DNA from: Raillietiella orientalis
Taxonomy: Eukaryota
Length of the DNA stretch: 64,000 nucleotides
NCBI GenBank assembly: GCA_036172245.1
Contig: JAYWIR010000024.1
Span: forward strand, 434,001-498,000
Reading direction: 5' to 3'
In this document: piece after piece, positions 1 to 12,490 of the stretch
Layout of the letters: each line of letters begins with the position of its first letter
Position numbering within the stretch: the first letter of the stretch is position 1
The notes under the pieces: generated by a model
Databases searched by the model: none
Seen by the model: the letters and a program-made list of their open reading frames with translations, nothing else
Told to the model about the DNA's origin: nothing
Made by a program: the position numbers and the translations under genes

Positions 1-3000
1 CCTACGGATTCGTCGGCAACGGCTACAGTTGCAGGCCGGAGATCAGCTGCGAGAGCGAGCCCTGCCACCCAGGTGAGTCGCACCTCTCCCCTGAAGAAGA
101 GGGTGTGAGCGACGAATGCGGTGGGAACACGCATACCCACGCTGCTCGCTCGCCATCTCCCATTCCCGGGACGAACGCGCTCGATGGGAGCTCCGCCTCG
201 GTGTTCCCGCAGACCTCCAGAAGGCGCGTGGGAGGGAGGGAAATAAGAGTAGGGAAGGTGATGATACGCCACCTTTCACCAGCAGTGCCACCCCCTGTTT
301 ACCCCCACCCCATCCCTTTTCCCCCTGAGAGGGACAAGGGCGTGCTCTCCGGATCCTGAATTCCTCCGCGGAGGCAGAGTCACGTCCTCGATCCTGCGGG
401 AGCCGCTGATTCGGTAAGGGCGTCGACGAGCGAATGGCCAGCAGCAGCGACCGACCGAAGCAGAACGTCCGATTGAAAATGGGATGAAACGAGGATGGAA
501 GAGACCTCAGGCACGCCCATGGAAACGGAAAACGTCTTGCAGTTCGTGAGGTTTTCGTGTGGAGGAAAGAGAGAGTCTCCTTCCGTAAGGAAGGTCCTCT
601 CTTCTTCTTCTACCCTCAGTAGTTGAACGGCCCTCCTGGGAAGATACTCCTGGTGAAGAGGGAATCTTCTCTACGGTCTCAGAGACCGCGTCCGTAGAAG
701 GTACCACGGAGTCATCCACCTTCACTTCCTTGGGCACGCAGCAAATGCTCCGGATGCAGACTTGGAGATGGAAAGCATTTCTGTTGAAATCCAGGCACGA
801 TGAGGAAGTGCCGGCTTCCAGGAGCAGCCGGCGACGTGCCTAGGATGAAATCCCGGAGCTCCCCCGACCTCGGATGTAGCACACGAGAGACGAGTAGGAT
901 TCCCCAATGGAGAAGAGGGATAAACTGAAATCCTCTCGCTTAGCACCCCGAAGGAAGAGATCTCGTCTTTGGCTATGCCATTTTTGATTTCCTTTTTGCT
1001 TCAAAAGGATGGCTAAGAAAGGAAATCAAAGGTGCTCCTGCCATCTGACTAGAGAAGATGGAAACCACATAGGTTGTGCTTTCCTCCGCAAGGTGTCGGA
1101 CCTGGAAGCATTACCAGAGTCGGCGTTCCAGACGCTCCCCCCCCCCCTCCCTCTCTAGGAGTATTCACAAGCAGCCCTCTAAAAACCTTGACTAGCTAAT
1201 GCTTCACGAGATTGTATCTGGAGTCCTCCGCCTTCTGGCGAGCGGAAAAGTTCTCTCGTTCCTCCTTTCCCGTCCTAGTAACAATTGGAACGGTGGACAT
1301 TATGTACGTCTTTCCGGGAGTCTGGGAGAAGGCCAGCTCAGGCTCCGGCCCCGTGAAAAGGACCCGTTGCTCTTGTCTTCCTCCCCTGGAAAAAGAGGAG
1401 CAGGTGTCCCGCATTCTCTCTCCCCTCTTCTTGGTGTAGAGGCTGGAGAGCGATCTGAGATGAAAGACGAGGGAGGATGAGGAGGCACGACATTATCGCT
1501 CGCTCCCCTTCCGACCCCCTTCCACTTCCCTGCCATCTCCTGATCACTCTCGTTCCTCCTTTAGGGGTAACCTGTCATGACGACGACACTCAGGGCTTCC
1601 GGTGCGGCCCCTGCCCTCCGGGCTTCTCAGGAGATGGAAAGAGGTGCACCCCGGTTTCCTTCTGCAACACGAATCCCTGCTACCCAGGAGTACAATGCGT
1701 GAACGCGCCCCATCCTCCCTACTTCCGCTGCGGGAGCTGCCCCTCGGGCACGACGGGCAACGGCACTTTCTGCTCAGACATCGACGAGGTACGCACAGGA
1801 GCGGGGGACAGTTCCGCCTGCTCTTTCTCCCTACTCCTTCTTTCCCTCATCCCCTTTTCCTTTCTTCGCCTTCTAACGCTGCTCCCTCCCCCTATCTGCT
1901 GCAGTGTGACCTGGCCAGGCCGTGTGACCCGCGGGTGCGCTGCGTCAACACCGCCCCGGGCTACATGTGCGAGCCGTGCCCTCCGGGTTACACCGGCAGC
2001 CCCGGGGTGCGGGGAGACGGCCTGGAGTGGGCCAGGAGGAACAAGCAGGTCTGCTACGACGTGAACGAGTGCGACGACGGCAGGAACGGCGGTTGCGTGG
2101 AGAACTCACAATGCATCAACACCGAGGTAGGCCGAGCGGAGAGGAATGGGAAAGGAGACTGGGAGGGGGGGGAGTCAGGAGAAAATAGAGGTAGAGAGCA
2201 TGCAAGAGGCAAAGGAATCGAGGGGAATTCGGTTACGGGTAAGGAGAGAAGGATGACGGGAGGTTAGGCAGAACGAAGGCGATCTCAATGGACGGGAAAA
2301 GGGGTGAGGAAGATGAAGAAAAGCAAAAATGGGGTGGATGGATGTCCAAGGTGGATGGAACAGAAGCTAAGGGGACGTTGGGTGACAGGGAACGAAGGGA
2401 CAGCTTCCGCTCACGCTGGAGAGCTGGAAAAAGAAGGAAAGCACTTCCTCCGGGAGGTGGGGAAGAAGCGAATGGGGATCGCTGGTCCGCGCCCTCACGT
2501 GTACCGGCGTGCTTTCAGGGCTCCTTCCGCTGCGGAGCGTGCGCGTCCGGCTACACGGGCAACCAGTCCTTCGGCTGCCACAATCACCCCGGTGTGTGTC
2601 CTGACGGCGTGACTTGCGACGAGAACGGCGAGTGCTACCGTGCCTTCGGGCGCGGCGGATACTTCTGCAAGGTAGATGGTCACATCTAGAGGGAGCATTC
2701 TCATCTGACATCGCTCCTCCTCGTCCTCCTCCTCTTTCCCCCCGGCGGACGACTTGGCAGTGCAAGATCGGCTTCGCGGGAAGCGGAGAAGTCTGCGGCT
2801 ATGACCGTGACCTGGACGGGTGGCCTGACTTTGACCTAGGATGCTCGGATGCTCGTTGCAGGCAGGTAAGAGGAGCCTCCCGAGCGAACTCCCGTGAGGG
2901 AATAAGGATGCGCCTCTTTCCCTCCTCCCTCATATCCTTCTCGTTGCCAGGACAACTGCGTTGACATTCCAAATTCCGGTCAGGAAGACGCCGATGGCGA

Positions 3001-6000
3001 TGGTATAGGAGACGCTTGCGATCCGGATGCTGACAACGATTCCATCCCCAACAGTCCGGTGAGCCTCCTGGGAGAGGAGAGCACGAGAGCCGAGTGGATT
3101 GGGAGGGTCTCATCCTCCCTCCTGTTCCTTCTTCCAGGACAACTGCCCCCTGGTCCACAACCCTCTGCAGGAGGACAGCGAACAGGACGGCCCTGACCAG
3201 CAAGGGGATGTCTGCGACAACTGCCCCACCGTCCCCAACGTCGACCAAGAGGACTCCGACAAGGATGGGATTGGGGATGTCTGCGACCCGGACATCGACA
3301 ACGACGGTGAGCGCGCTCGAAAAGACTGGGTGGGGGAAGAAGTGAGGGCCTCTCACTCCTCTCCGTAGGCGATCGGGCCTCCTCCTTGTCCTGCCACTCT
3401 ATATGTCCCCTGCAGGGATCCGTAACGAGAGGGACAACTGCGTGCGGAAGCCCAATGGCAGCCAGCGCGACTCCGATGGGGACGGCGTGGGAGATGCCTG
3501 CGACAACTGCCCTTCCACCTTCAACCCGGACCAGGCGGACGGTGACAACGACCTGGTGGGCGACGTGTGCGACGACGACAAGGACATCGACAGGTCCGGC
3601 GGGAGACTCCTCCTCTCCTTCCTTCCTACGCCTTCCTCCACTTCTCGTTCTGCTGCCTCTTCCTCTCCTTCTTCCTCTGCACCTGCTCGACTCTTTGCTC
3701 CCCTTCCTGCCTGTGCCGTCCCGAGTCCCTGGGACGCTCTCGCCACGCTCTCTCGTCTCCTCCCAGGGACGGAGTGCAGGACGACCTGGACAACTGCGTC
3801 CGCGTGCCCAACAGCGACCAGCTGGACACGGACGAGGACGGTCTCGGGGACGAATGCGACCCGGACATCGATAACGACAGGATCCCCAACCGCCAGGACA
3901 ACTGCCCGTACATCGCCAACACTGACCAGCTGGACTCTGACGGTCAGATCCGGAGGAAGGGGGAAGGGGGGAGGCTGTCGCTGAGGGTGAAGACGGGGGG
4001 TTCTGGGCAAGCAGCCGGCGAACCCTCTTTGAAAGCCGCTCCCTTCGAGCAGGAGACTCCAGGGGAGACGCCTGCGACGTGGACTACGACGGGGATCGCG
4101 TGCCGGACTTCCTAGACAACTGCCCCAACAATTCCAAGATCTACTCCACGGACTTCAGGTACCCCTTAAGGCGGTCCTACACCCTCCCACCCCTCCCTTC
4201 CCTTCTCGAGAACCGCCTCGTTTTCTGTGTACGCAGGACGTACCAGACCGTCGTGCTGGACCCGGAAGGAGACTCTCAGATCGACCCCGACTGGATCGTC
4301 TTCAACGAGGGAGCGGAGATCGTGCAGACGATGAACAGTGATCCCGGACTCGCTGTCGGTGAGCGCTGCTCCCGGGGTCACGCCCGGTCGCTGCTACTCT
4401 TGCTTCCGCCTTCCCCCCATTCCCCATCCCTGCCCGTTCTTCCTGCGTCTTCTCGCAGTCCGAGTCGGCCATCTCGGAGGTCACTCTCTGCTGAGGGAAA
4501 GAGATACGTCCCGAAGGGAGGGAGGAGAAGGGGAAGGAGAAAAGGGAACGGGGACGCCATGAGACGTAGGGAGGAGGAAGTTCCCGTTTTCCTCGCTGTA
4601 TTCGAAGCCCGTTTCTCACGGAGGCCTCTCAGCGGAGCTTTCGACTCCTGGATGGAGCACTCCCCTCTCTTGGCAGTCCGAAAGGGGTTCTCCTGATCCT
4701 CTTCTTCCCTAGGATTTCACAAGTTCGGCGGAGTGGATTTTGAAGGAACGTTCTTTATCGACACGGAGATCGACGACGACTACGCTGGGTTCGTTTTCAG
4801 GTAAGGGAACAGTGGGATGCTGACAAGGAGTGCGTCGGCATGCGCAGTTACCAAGACAACTCTCGTTTCTACGTCGTCATGTGGAAGAAGAACACCCAGA
4901 CCTACTGGCAGCCGACTCCATTCAGAGCCGTGGCTGAACCCGGAATCCAGCTGAAACTGGTCCATTCCAGGACGGGACCGGGGCAAATGCTGAGGAATTC
5001 ATTGTGGCACACGGGAGACACCGAAGGAGAGGTCAACACTATTTTCTTACTGGCACACTTAGTCTCTCTCACTCTTTCTCTTCTGTTATATTGAATTTCG
5101 ATTTGCGGCTTCCATCTTGGAAGTCCAAAAACTCAGTCCCCCCACCACCACCACCACCTCGAAAATGGTGGCGGCGCGCAGCCAGTCAACCGTTTGCGTG
5201 TTGACTTGCGTTAACTCTTTCGTCCGTTGCGCATAGCAACGCGTACCGATCGCTTGGTTTCAATCGCAACACGTCGAATAAACTGATAGCAAATTCATCA
5301 GATAAGTGAAGCTGTTGAAAGCTCCCACATTCATGTTGGCACATATGTGCACGCGTGTGTAAGTCCCTGCTATTGTGCGTACTACTTACATACATTATTA
5401 ATATGCTCATCGTTTACGTGAATATTTCATAGTAATCGAAATTGTGACTAATCACATATTATGTGTATTTTCTCCATGTGCTTCTCTTAATGATTTGTAT
5501 TATTTAAATACTGAATGTTGCATACATATGCCACATTCACATAAGCGATGAGCATGTATTAGCACAGATGCCATATTACATACATATACAGCATTTAAAT
5601 AATGCAAATCATTAGGAGAATATATATGTGTGTGCATGCGTATCTGATATGCACGCATACATATATATACGTATACGTTGTAAGCCACAAAGATGGCTAC
5701 TATGCAGTACATTCTCTTCCCCTAAGTACGCAAATTTCAGGGAGTATACTATGACGTATATTTAGCGTGCTGGTAATGCATACTGTCTGTTGCACTGAGT
5801 ACAGTAGTAATGAATATTTTCTGACTATACACTGCTAATACGAGGAATGATCGATGGTTGTCTCGGACATCAAATGCAAGTTGCGACAACCACGAGTTCG
5901 GCGGATCATCCCGGCCGCGTCGCTGCAGATTAGCGATCAGGTTCAAAGTGGCCATGAAGTTTGGAAAAAACGTGGGAACAGTCCGAGTTCCCCGGTATCG

Positions 6001-9000
6001 CAAAGGGCGCAGGCACCCGAGAGGAACCACGATGGCCACTGGGAACCGGGCTGGATTCGCAACGGGGGAAAGGGATCCCGGGAAACGCGCGTGTCGTGCG
6101 GAAGAGCTCGCCGTACGCGAGCTGGGATGTTCGCATTTGGCATCCGCGACTCATCAAGAGCAAAGCATCCAGGAAGCCGATGGCAAATTGTAAAACTTCA
6201 ATGCCCTGTTGCCCCTAATTTGCCTGCCCGCCGTAGACGTACACGTGGATGAGCATCTCCAACGTGAGGAGGTCACCGGCGAGAAGACTACAATGCCGGA
6301 GTCCGCTGTTTGGTTTGCATCCTTGTCCACTCTTTCGGGACTCATTCCGTACTGTAACTTTTCGGGTGGAAGCTCGGAATGATTTTTTTTTTTTTTTCTC
6401 TCCTTCCTTCCTTCTCTCTTTTTTTTTTCTTCGGCTTGTATCGGAACTCGACCCAATGGTTCTAAAAAACCAATATCGGATTTAGGATTTCATTCCTATG
6501 TTCTGACTCATGGTTTTGGGTTTCTCTCTTTGTTTTGCATCTTGGAAACAAGGTTTTTCTTGACAGTTTAATCGAGATGCATGCTGCAGGTCGCTGATCA
6601 GGTTTGCAGATAGGTTAGGGTAGCATGAAGATGATTGCGCGACACTTGTTGCATTCAGATGTTCAGGTGGGCATCTCATGGCTCAGTCGAGAGCAGAATC
6701 GACTTGTCGTGGTAAAAAGAGAAGCTCCGAAGCCCAGGCATCATCGCTCAAGACAGCAATAAATCGATTTGCTTGCCGAAATCAAAAGTTCTGCCCAGGC
6801 AGTCCATTCTCATTAAGCATTAGATGAGCACAGTTGATCCGAAATCGTACACACTGAGCTTATGAAGAGCGAAAAGGGACCATTTACGCTGAGCTAAGTT
6901 GCTGCCTTTGTGGAGCTACTCCAAGGGTTGAACCCGACATGCGAATCTTCTGAAAGTGTAGCGTCCTCACGTGAGTTTTTAGGTGATTCTTCCTTGGCAT
7001 GTGACGCAAGACCCGCCATCCACACAGAGAAAAAGCTCTGGAAGCCGGGAAGCCGGCAAAAACATGGCTTCTACTCTGTTCCTGCAACGAAGCCGTCTCG
7101 AAACCGGGGAGTCTCCCGTCTCTCCAGGATCAAAACGTCCGATCATCATCGTGCAGCCCCGAAATTTCAATTTGAGAATTCAGCGTTCATACAGAGCAAA
7201 AAGTCTCGCGCCCGAAACTGTCTGCATTCGGGATGGCGTCCAGCATGTTTGCCAAGAACGCTCCAGGGAGGGGGGGGGAAAAAAAAAAAAAAAAAAAAAG
7301 CAGTCCGAAGACATGTGGAAGCTCAGACGCTGTGCGTTTGAAAACTCAATTCCGTGTTTCCCGCCGTTGTCAGGACTTTCGCACAACCGGCGTTTGCAGC
7401 CGTCCAGAGGGACAAACTGGGATCGATGGCGGATGGAGGAAACGGGACTGTAGAAGATATGGATAGGGCATCCACTCTTTTCGGTATGATTTGAACCTCT
7501 TCGGACTGGCAGTCAGCATACACCACCACGGATGATACGCGTACTAAAAAAAGAATAGAGACAGAAACTTGGGGGAAAAAAAACAAAAATTCATTCTCTA
7601 TTTTCAGTACTGCCTTTCATTTCTGTAGCTTTCGATCCTCCGTCCGAAATTTCAACAGTTTTGGCATGAGGAATAGCCATAGCTTGCTCCATCTCTAGAC
7701 CAAGCATTCTCTTCTAGAATTCTCAATCCTTGGAAAATATCTTCGGCGCTTGCTAAAATGTGAAAAGGATTCCATCTTCCTCAAATAAACTCGAGACAGG
7801 TGCCTTCATTTTATCTAAAGAGTCTCCGCAACTATCTTGTGCTTTTATATCAGAAAACGAAATGAAAGATCTTCGTCAAACGGAAGGTGTTCTGCATTTA
7901 CAGCCACAGTTGCACTTACAAGCCGCTTATATAAACCTTGAGATTCTTCCATGTCTTCAGGGGAAACAGCACGCGGTGCTTGAGACCATGTGTCACATGC
8001 TGTCGGCTGCTTCTAGCTGTCTTGTCTTTCTGTTTTCACAACCGCGGCATCGTCGTTCAATGATACGAACACGGAGTGACTGCTTTTCTCAAGTGAAATC
8101 ATTATCATCTTCAGAGTGGTCATTTCGGGAGCCTCAGTGGGACACAGAAGAGTGTTGCACGAGTGTGATGGAACGCATTTTCAATCCTAATAGTAGTGAA
8201 CCGGAAACGTTTTCTTTTTCTTTTTTGTCAGAACGATTCTGAGGATTTTTCCAGGGGAGACATTCATCCGTTTCTGCAGCCGTTAGCTAGAAACTCCCGA
8301 GTCGTTAAAATGTCATCGCTGACTGGGATACACGCGAATTCCGTTGATGCATATAAAAGTCACGAACACAAACATGCATTGAGGAAGGGTCCGCTTTCAG
8401 AAACGTAAAATCAGGAGTTACGAGAGTGCAGCAGCGTTTTTTTTTCTTCTTCTTCTTCTTCTTCTTCTAAAAATGCAAGGAAATTGCAAGCCGATGATTA
8501 GAAAGAAGCAGGGTCGGCACCTTTGTGAGGCGTGACAGAATCCCCTCTTTACCGGTTCTTAAGGAACTCGTGCTTCCAGGCAGACCCGAGTCCGCGGATT
8601 GCAGGAGCGTGGGAACCGTTCGCCTGCTCCCAACAGGCTTGAAAACGAATCTCTTCGAGCTCCCGAATCGATGTAAATTGGAGATAGGAAGACGCGCACT
8701 CCGCCTTTGGGAACATCCCCAATCCTTTCCGTACATCTTTCGCTGGTTCCGCCTCAGAACTGGAAAGAAGGACAATCTGTGGGGAAAATGGTTTTTGGGA
8801 CGATAGGAAGGTGCGCTTGGCGGACCCGGGCAACGAGCTGGAATCTTTCTTTGCTGAGGTCGTTTTTCGCTCCAGTGACGAGGCTACACGTGATAGATAC
8901 AAGAGTGGGTTCAGACGTGTCTGCTCAACTAATAAACGTACGTGTGTTCTTCGACTTGCGTGTGCGTGTGTCCACATTTTGCATGTCACGCGCCCTAGTT

Positions 9001-9845
9001 GTCCTGTTCCGGAGACGCTACAGGATGAGGCACTGCTCTCCGATTCCTTTCGAACTTGTTGCCTTGGAGAATCGAAAAACAAGCGTGTCGGAAGAGTCCT
9101 TCGGCATAGGCAGCCATCCCCTTCTGCTGACGTTGCACCAAGCGAATGAGAGAGATTTGATCATCCTAGACACACGTCCATAACCCAGCATGTGGTAATG
9201 AAGAGCGAATGAAAACTCACGAACACAAACAGAACCATGATTCATTTTCCAGAGTTTGTAATCTTTAAGGTCATAACATGAAGTGTGTCTCTTAGGTGCG
9301 TCTTCTTTGGAAAGACCCTGAAAACATCGGGTGGAAAGAACGGACTGCCTACCGTTGGCTTCTTCTTCATCGTCCAAAGATTGGCTTGATACGACTGAGG
9401 ATATTCGAAGGAAAGAATATGATAGCAGATTCTGGAAACATATACGACAGCAATCTGAAAGGCGGCCGTCTCGGGGTGTTTTGCTTCTCTCAAGAAATGA
9501 TCATTTGGTCTGACCTGGTTTATCGCTGCAACGGTAATATTGAATTTCTGTATTGCAATATATTTGGTATATGCTGCGGTTAAACCCTTGCACTGGAACT
9601 AAGAATCTCTTTCAAACTCTGAAGAATACGAGCGTGACCCTACTAACTCGGGAATGATCATTTTATGTAGTCCATTGAAAGCAAGGTTACGAGAAATATG
9701 CGAAAAGTGCATTCGGTGAACCGGCAGTTAAAGAGACCATCTCTTCTTAGATCATGTTCCACTTGCCGTGTACCAAGAACTGCCTTTCGATTTACAAGTC
9801 CAAGTTGAGTTGGATACGACGAGAGTAACTGACAGACTTTCCTGA
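1..9845 (+). CDS. Tsp: Thrombospondin (TSP-3/4/COMP/Drosophila Tsp-type C-terminal region: EGF repeats, type 3 Ca-binding repeats, L-lectin-like domain); 5' end lies outside the window
   Basis: Phase-consistent GT-AG exons: <1-72, 1565-1788, 1905-2126, 2519-2671, 2761-2865, 2951-3058, 3138-3306, 3416-3593, 3767-3942, 4053-4158, 4237-4358, 4713-4800, 4848-5031, 9296-9533, 9751-9845 (TGA). Motifs: EGF ([22 protein letters not shown]), type 3 repeats (DNC...NxDQxDxDxDGxGDAC), C-terminal [74 protein letters not shown], and last exon [16 protein letters not shown]. Confidence 0.96.
8437..8467. repeat. T-run plus (TTC)8 microsatellite in the large thrombospondin intron
   Basis: tttttttttcttcttcttcttcttcttcttc read directly. 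Confidence 0.9.
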
Positions 9846-11509
9846 ATGGGCAGAAAGAACAGGCGACGGACGTTACCACAGCATCTGTTGCGCGGGCACA
9901 GTCAGCGCGCAAGATTTCCAAAGAATTATTATTGCAAATATACTTTCAGTATTGCAAAAGACATGTCGTCTTCTTTTTCCTGACGGTTGGTGAGACTCTG
10001 AGGTGCTCGCAGGTTCTGAACCCCATCAAACCGTCTATCAAATCTCAGTGTTTCAGTTTCTATTTGGAAACAAAGTGCTGAAGCGGGATTGTGGCGGTTC
10101 GCCTCGCCATCTCCGAACCATACGAGACCGAGATAAGCAGTGAACTTTGGGAACAAGCAGCATCTCCACTTTCGTTTGTGTGCTTCATCGTTCCCTTGAT
10201 TCGTGGCATTCATCCTGCTCTTGATCTGACACGTAGTACCATCCTTTTCGTGACGGATCCACGCTGTTCCAGTCCACTTGAGGCCACAACTACGGTGCTA
10301 CGATGACTTCAAAGTCCAACTGGCAGATTCTTTTTGTTTTGTTTTTTTTTTTTGTTCGGATCTCTAAAATGTGCTGTCTGTAATCCATCTCCTGTTTTTA
10401 TTTTGGGGAAAGAACGACTGCTGAACATGAATCAGTAGCATCCTATTCTGCTCAGATAACGTACGCTACATTAATGCCGTTCACGTTCGTCCTTGCATTC
10501 ATTTTAGCGTGGAACATTTTTTTCATGTGAAATGGCAAAATACCATGATTTCACTGCAAGCAACATGTTCTTACATCGATTCGCAGATCTCCTTCATTAA
10601 TATTCTTACTTTCTTCCACCGATCGGCCGGTAGAATGCTTTGGGGGAAACAGCTTCTGGCTTTCCTTTCTGAAAGTATTCAAAAAAAAAAAAAAAAAAGG
10701 AATTCTTCTGATATTTATTTGGTGTGACTTCATTATTCTTTCTAATGAACTTCAGGGTAAAATGGGATTTATTTATTTAACTTATGGTACGCGACCTACT
10801 ACCTGAGTCCCAAAGAAAAGCACGGATGGGAGATTTCCCATGCATGCAGCGAATCGGAGTTTCGGGAACATAAGTGGAAATCACATTTTCTGCCTCCACA
10901 TGTGCTCCACACGGAGTCGCTCCCGATCTTCACTTTGACTTATCCGACTGTCAGTTACGAAACATTCTTTTCTGATGTAACGTATTGCGGGAAACACATC
11001 AAGCTTTTCACTTGGGATTTGAGCATCATCTTGTTATTTACATAAACAATCCATTCATCCATGAGTACTCGATTTGGTATTATGTGGTCTTCAGCATCGG
11101 CTGCCTGCATCTACTGTAATGTGTATTCTGCAGTTGAAGAAATATGGAACGTCAAACAAAAGCAACTTGATTTGGAAGTTGGTTTCTCTTTAAACTGTTG
11201 CACCCACCAGAAAAAAACTCTTTATCTCACTATTCAGAATTCCTGTTCATCAGAAAACATCCTCATGACTGAGCTCCTCTGAATCTCTTCAGCTACCTCA
11301 TCCTTCATTCGTGTGCACATTCTTCCTTCTCTCGTGTTCTTCATTTCTTGCCTGTAGCGCTCAGACAGCAAAATCATTGCCTAATCATTAACTTGTTTTT
11401 CCAAACTCTTAACAACATATCACTCATCCCGAAAATGACGTCCCTATTATGAACTTTTCTTTCTATGATAACACAACAGATTCGTTAGTTTATAATTCAT
11501 TGAGATTTT

Positions 11510-12040
11510 TCTCCTCTCGGAAAGGAGCACCGGGAACATCCCGAACTGCGTGGGGTTGATTCCCCCTTTCCGCGAGGCAACCGCCCCGTTCGGATAGGTC
11601 TCTCCTAATAGCTGCCAACCCCACAGGGCGAATTCGTGTTGTCCTCTCAGGTGGTAAATACTAAAATCGTGGATTGTTTGGTGTTTTCCAAAGTCCTCAC
11701 CCCGATCTCGCCGCGGTCTTCTCGCAGGGGCTGGCGAGTGTGTTTTGTTCCCCCCCCCCCCCCCTTCCTCCCTTTCTTATCCTTGCAGCTCGACATGCCC
11801 TGCTGTTCCCTGGAATCCCCCGTGCACCTCGGTCGGCGGTCGTCCGCGTCGCCCTCCGAGGGTGCCGAAGCCGTCCGTAGGCCCGACACCAACACGGCCG
11901 GACGAAGGAGCACACGGGCGGTGTTCACGGAAATCCCCCGTTCCGTGCCATCCAAGGTTTCGTCGCAGAAAAAGTCCTTGTGCCATAAACGATTGGCGGT
12001 GGCTGACGTGCGTGCTGCAGAGAAGTATCAGTGTGCTTCA
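11510..12040. promoter_or_regulatory. GC/CpG-rich island, candidate promoter or first exon
   Basis: CpG-dense segment with a poly-C run (11750-11764), followed by a very long U-rich tract and CAG acceptor (AG ends 12092) and then an AT-rich block. Function is inferred only. Confidence 0.35.
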
Positions 12041-12446
12041 GGATTTTGTTTTTTTTTTTTTTTTTGGTTTTTGTTGTTGTTTTTCCTTCCAGATATCGTT
12101 TCTGTGCATTTCACGTAGTGATAATCGAAGTTTTACTTGCAAATTCCGAAGTTAAAACATATTTTCCAAGCAAAAAGTTTGGCAGTAGATAATAATGTAA
12201 ATTACCTTGAAAGTACAGTTAGAAGTTTGTTCTTGATAGATAGCCCATTAAAGCTTTTGTGTGTGTCATTTGTTTTCGTTCAAACCGAATGATTTGTCGA
12301 TCTTTAGTTGTGGATATGAGCTAAAGTTTTTGTATTTGTTCGAAAGTTGGTGTGCAGAACACGTTGCATGTTAGAGCAGCGAAACTTTCGATTTACTGTA
12401 TTTTGTTGAAGAAGTAATAATAGTCTGTATCAGCTGTAGCAAGATA

Positions 12447-12490
12447 AGATATATACATATATATACACGCACACATATATATATATATAT
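12447..12490. repeat. (AT)n/(AC)n imperfect microsatellite
   Basis: agatatatacatatatatacacgcacacatatatatatatatat. Confidence 0.8.

Noticed and set aside
5400..5760. AT-rich alternating purine/pyrimidine tract with imperfect palindromes
   Set aside because: Self-complementarity is expected from (AT/GT/AC)n low complexity; no defined repeat unit or element ends.
9534..9583. Read-through of the TSP ORF to the stop at 9583, or final exons at 10456 or 12093
   Set aside because: The donor at 9534 and exon 9751-9845 give a far better TSP-like C-terminus.
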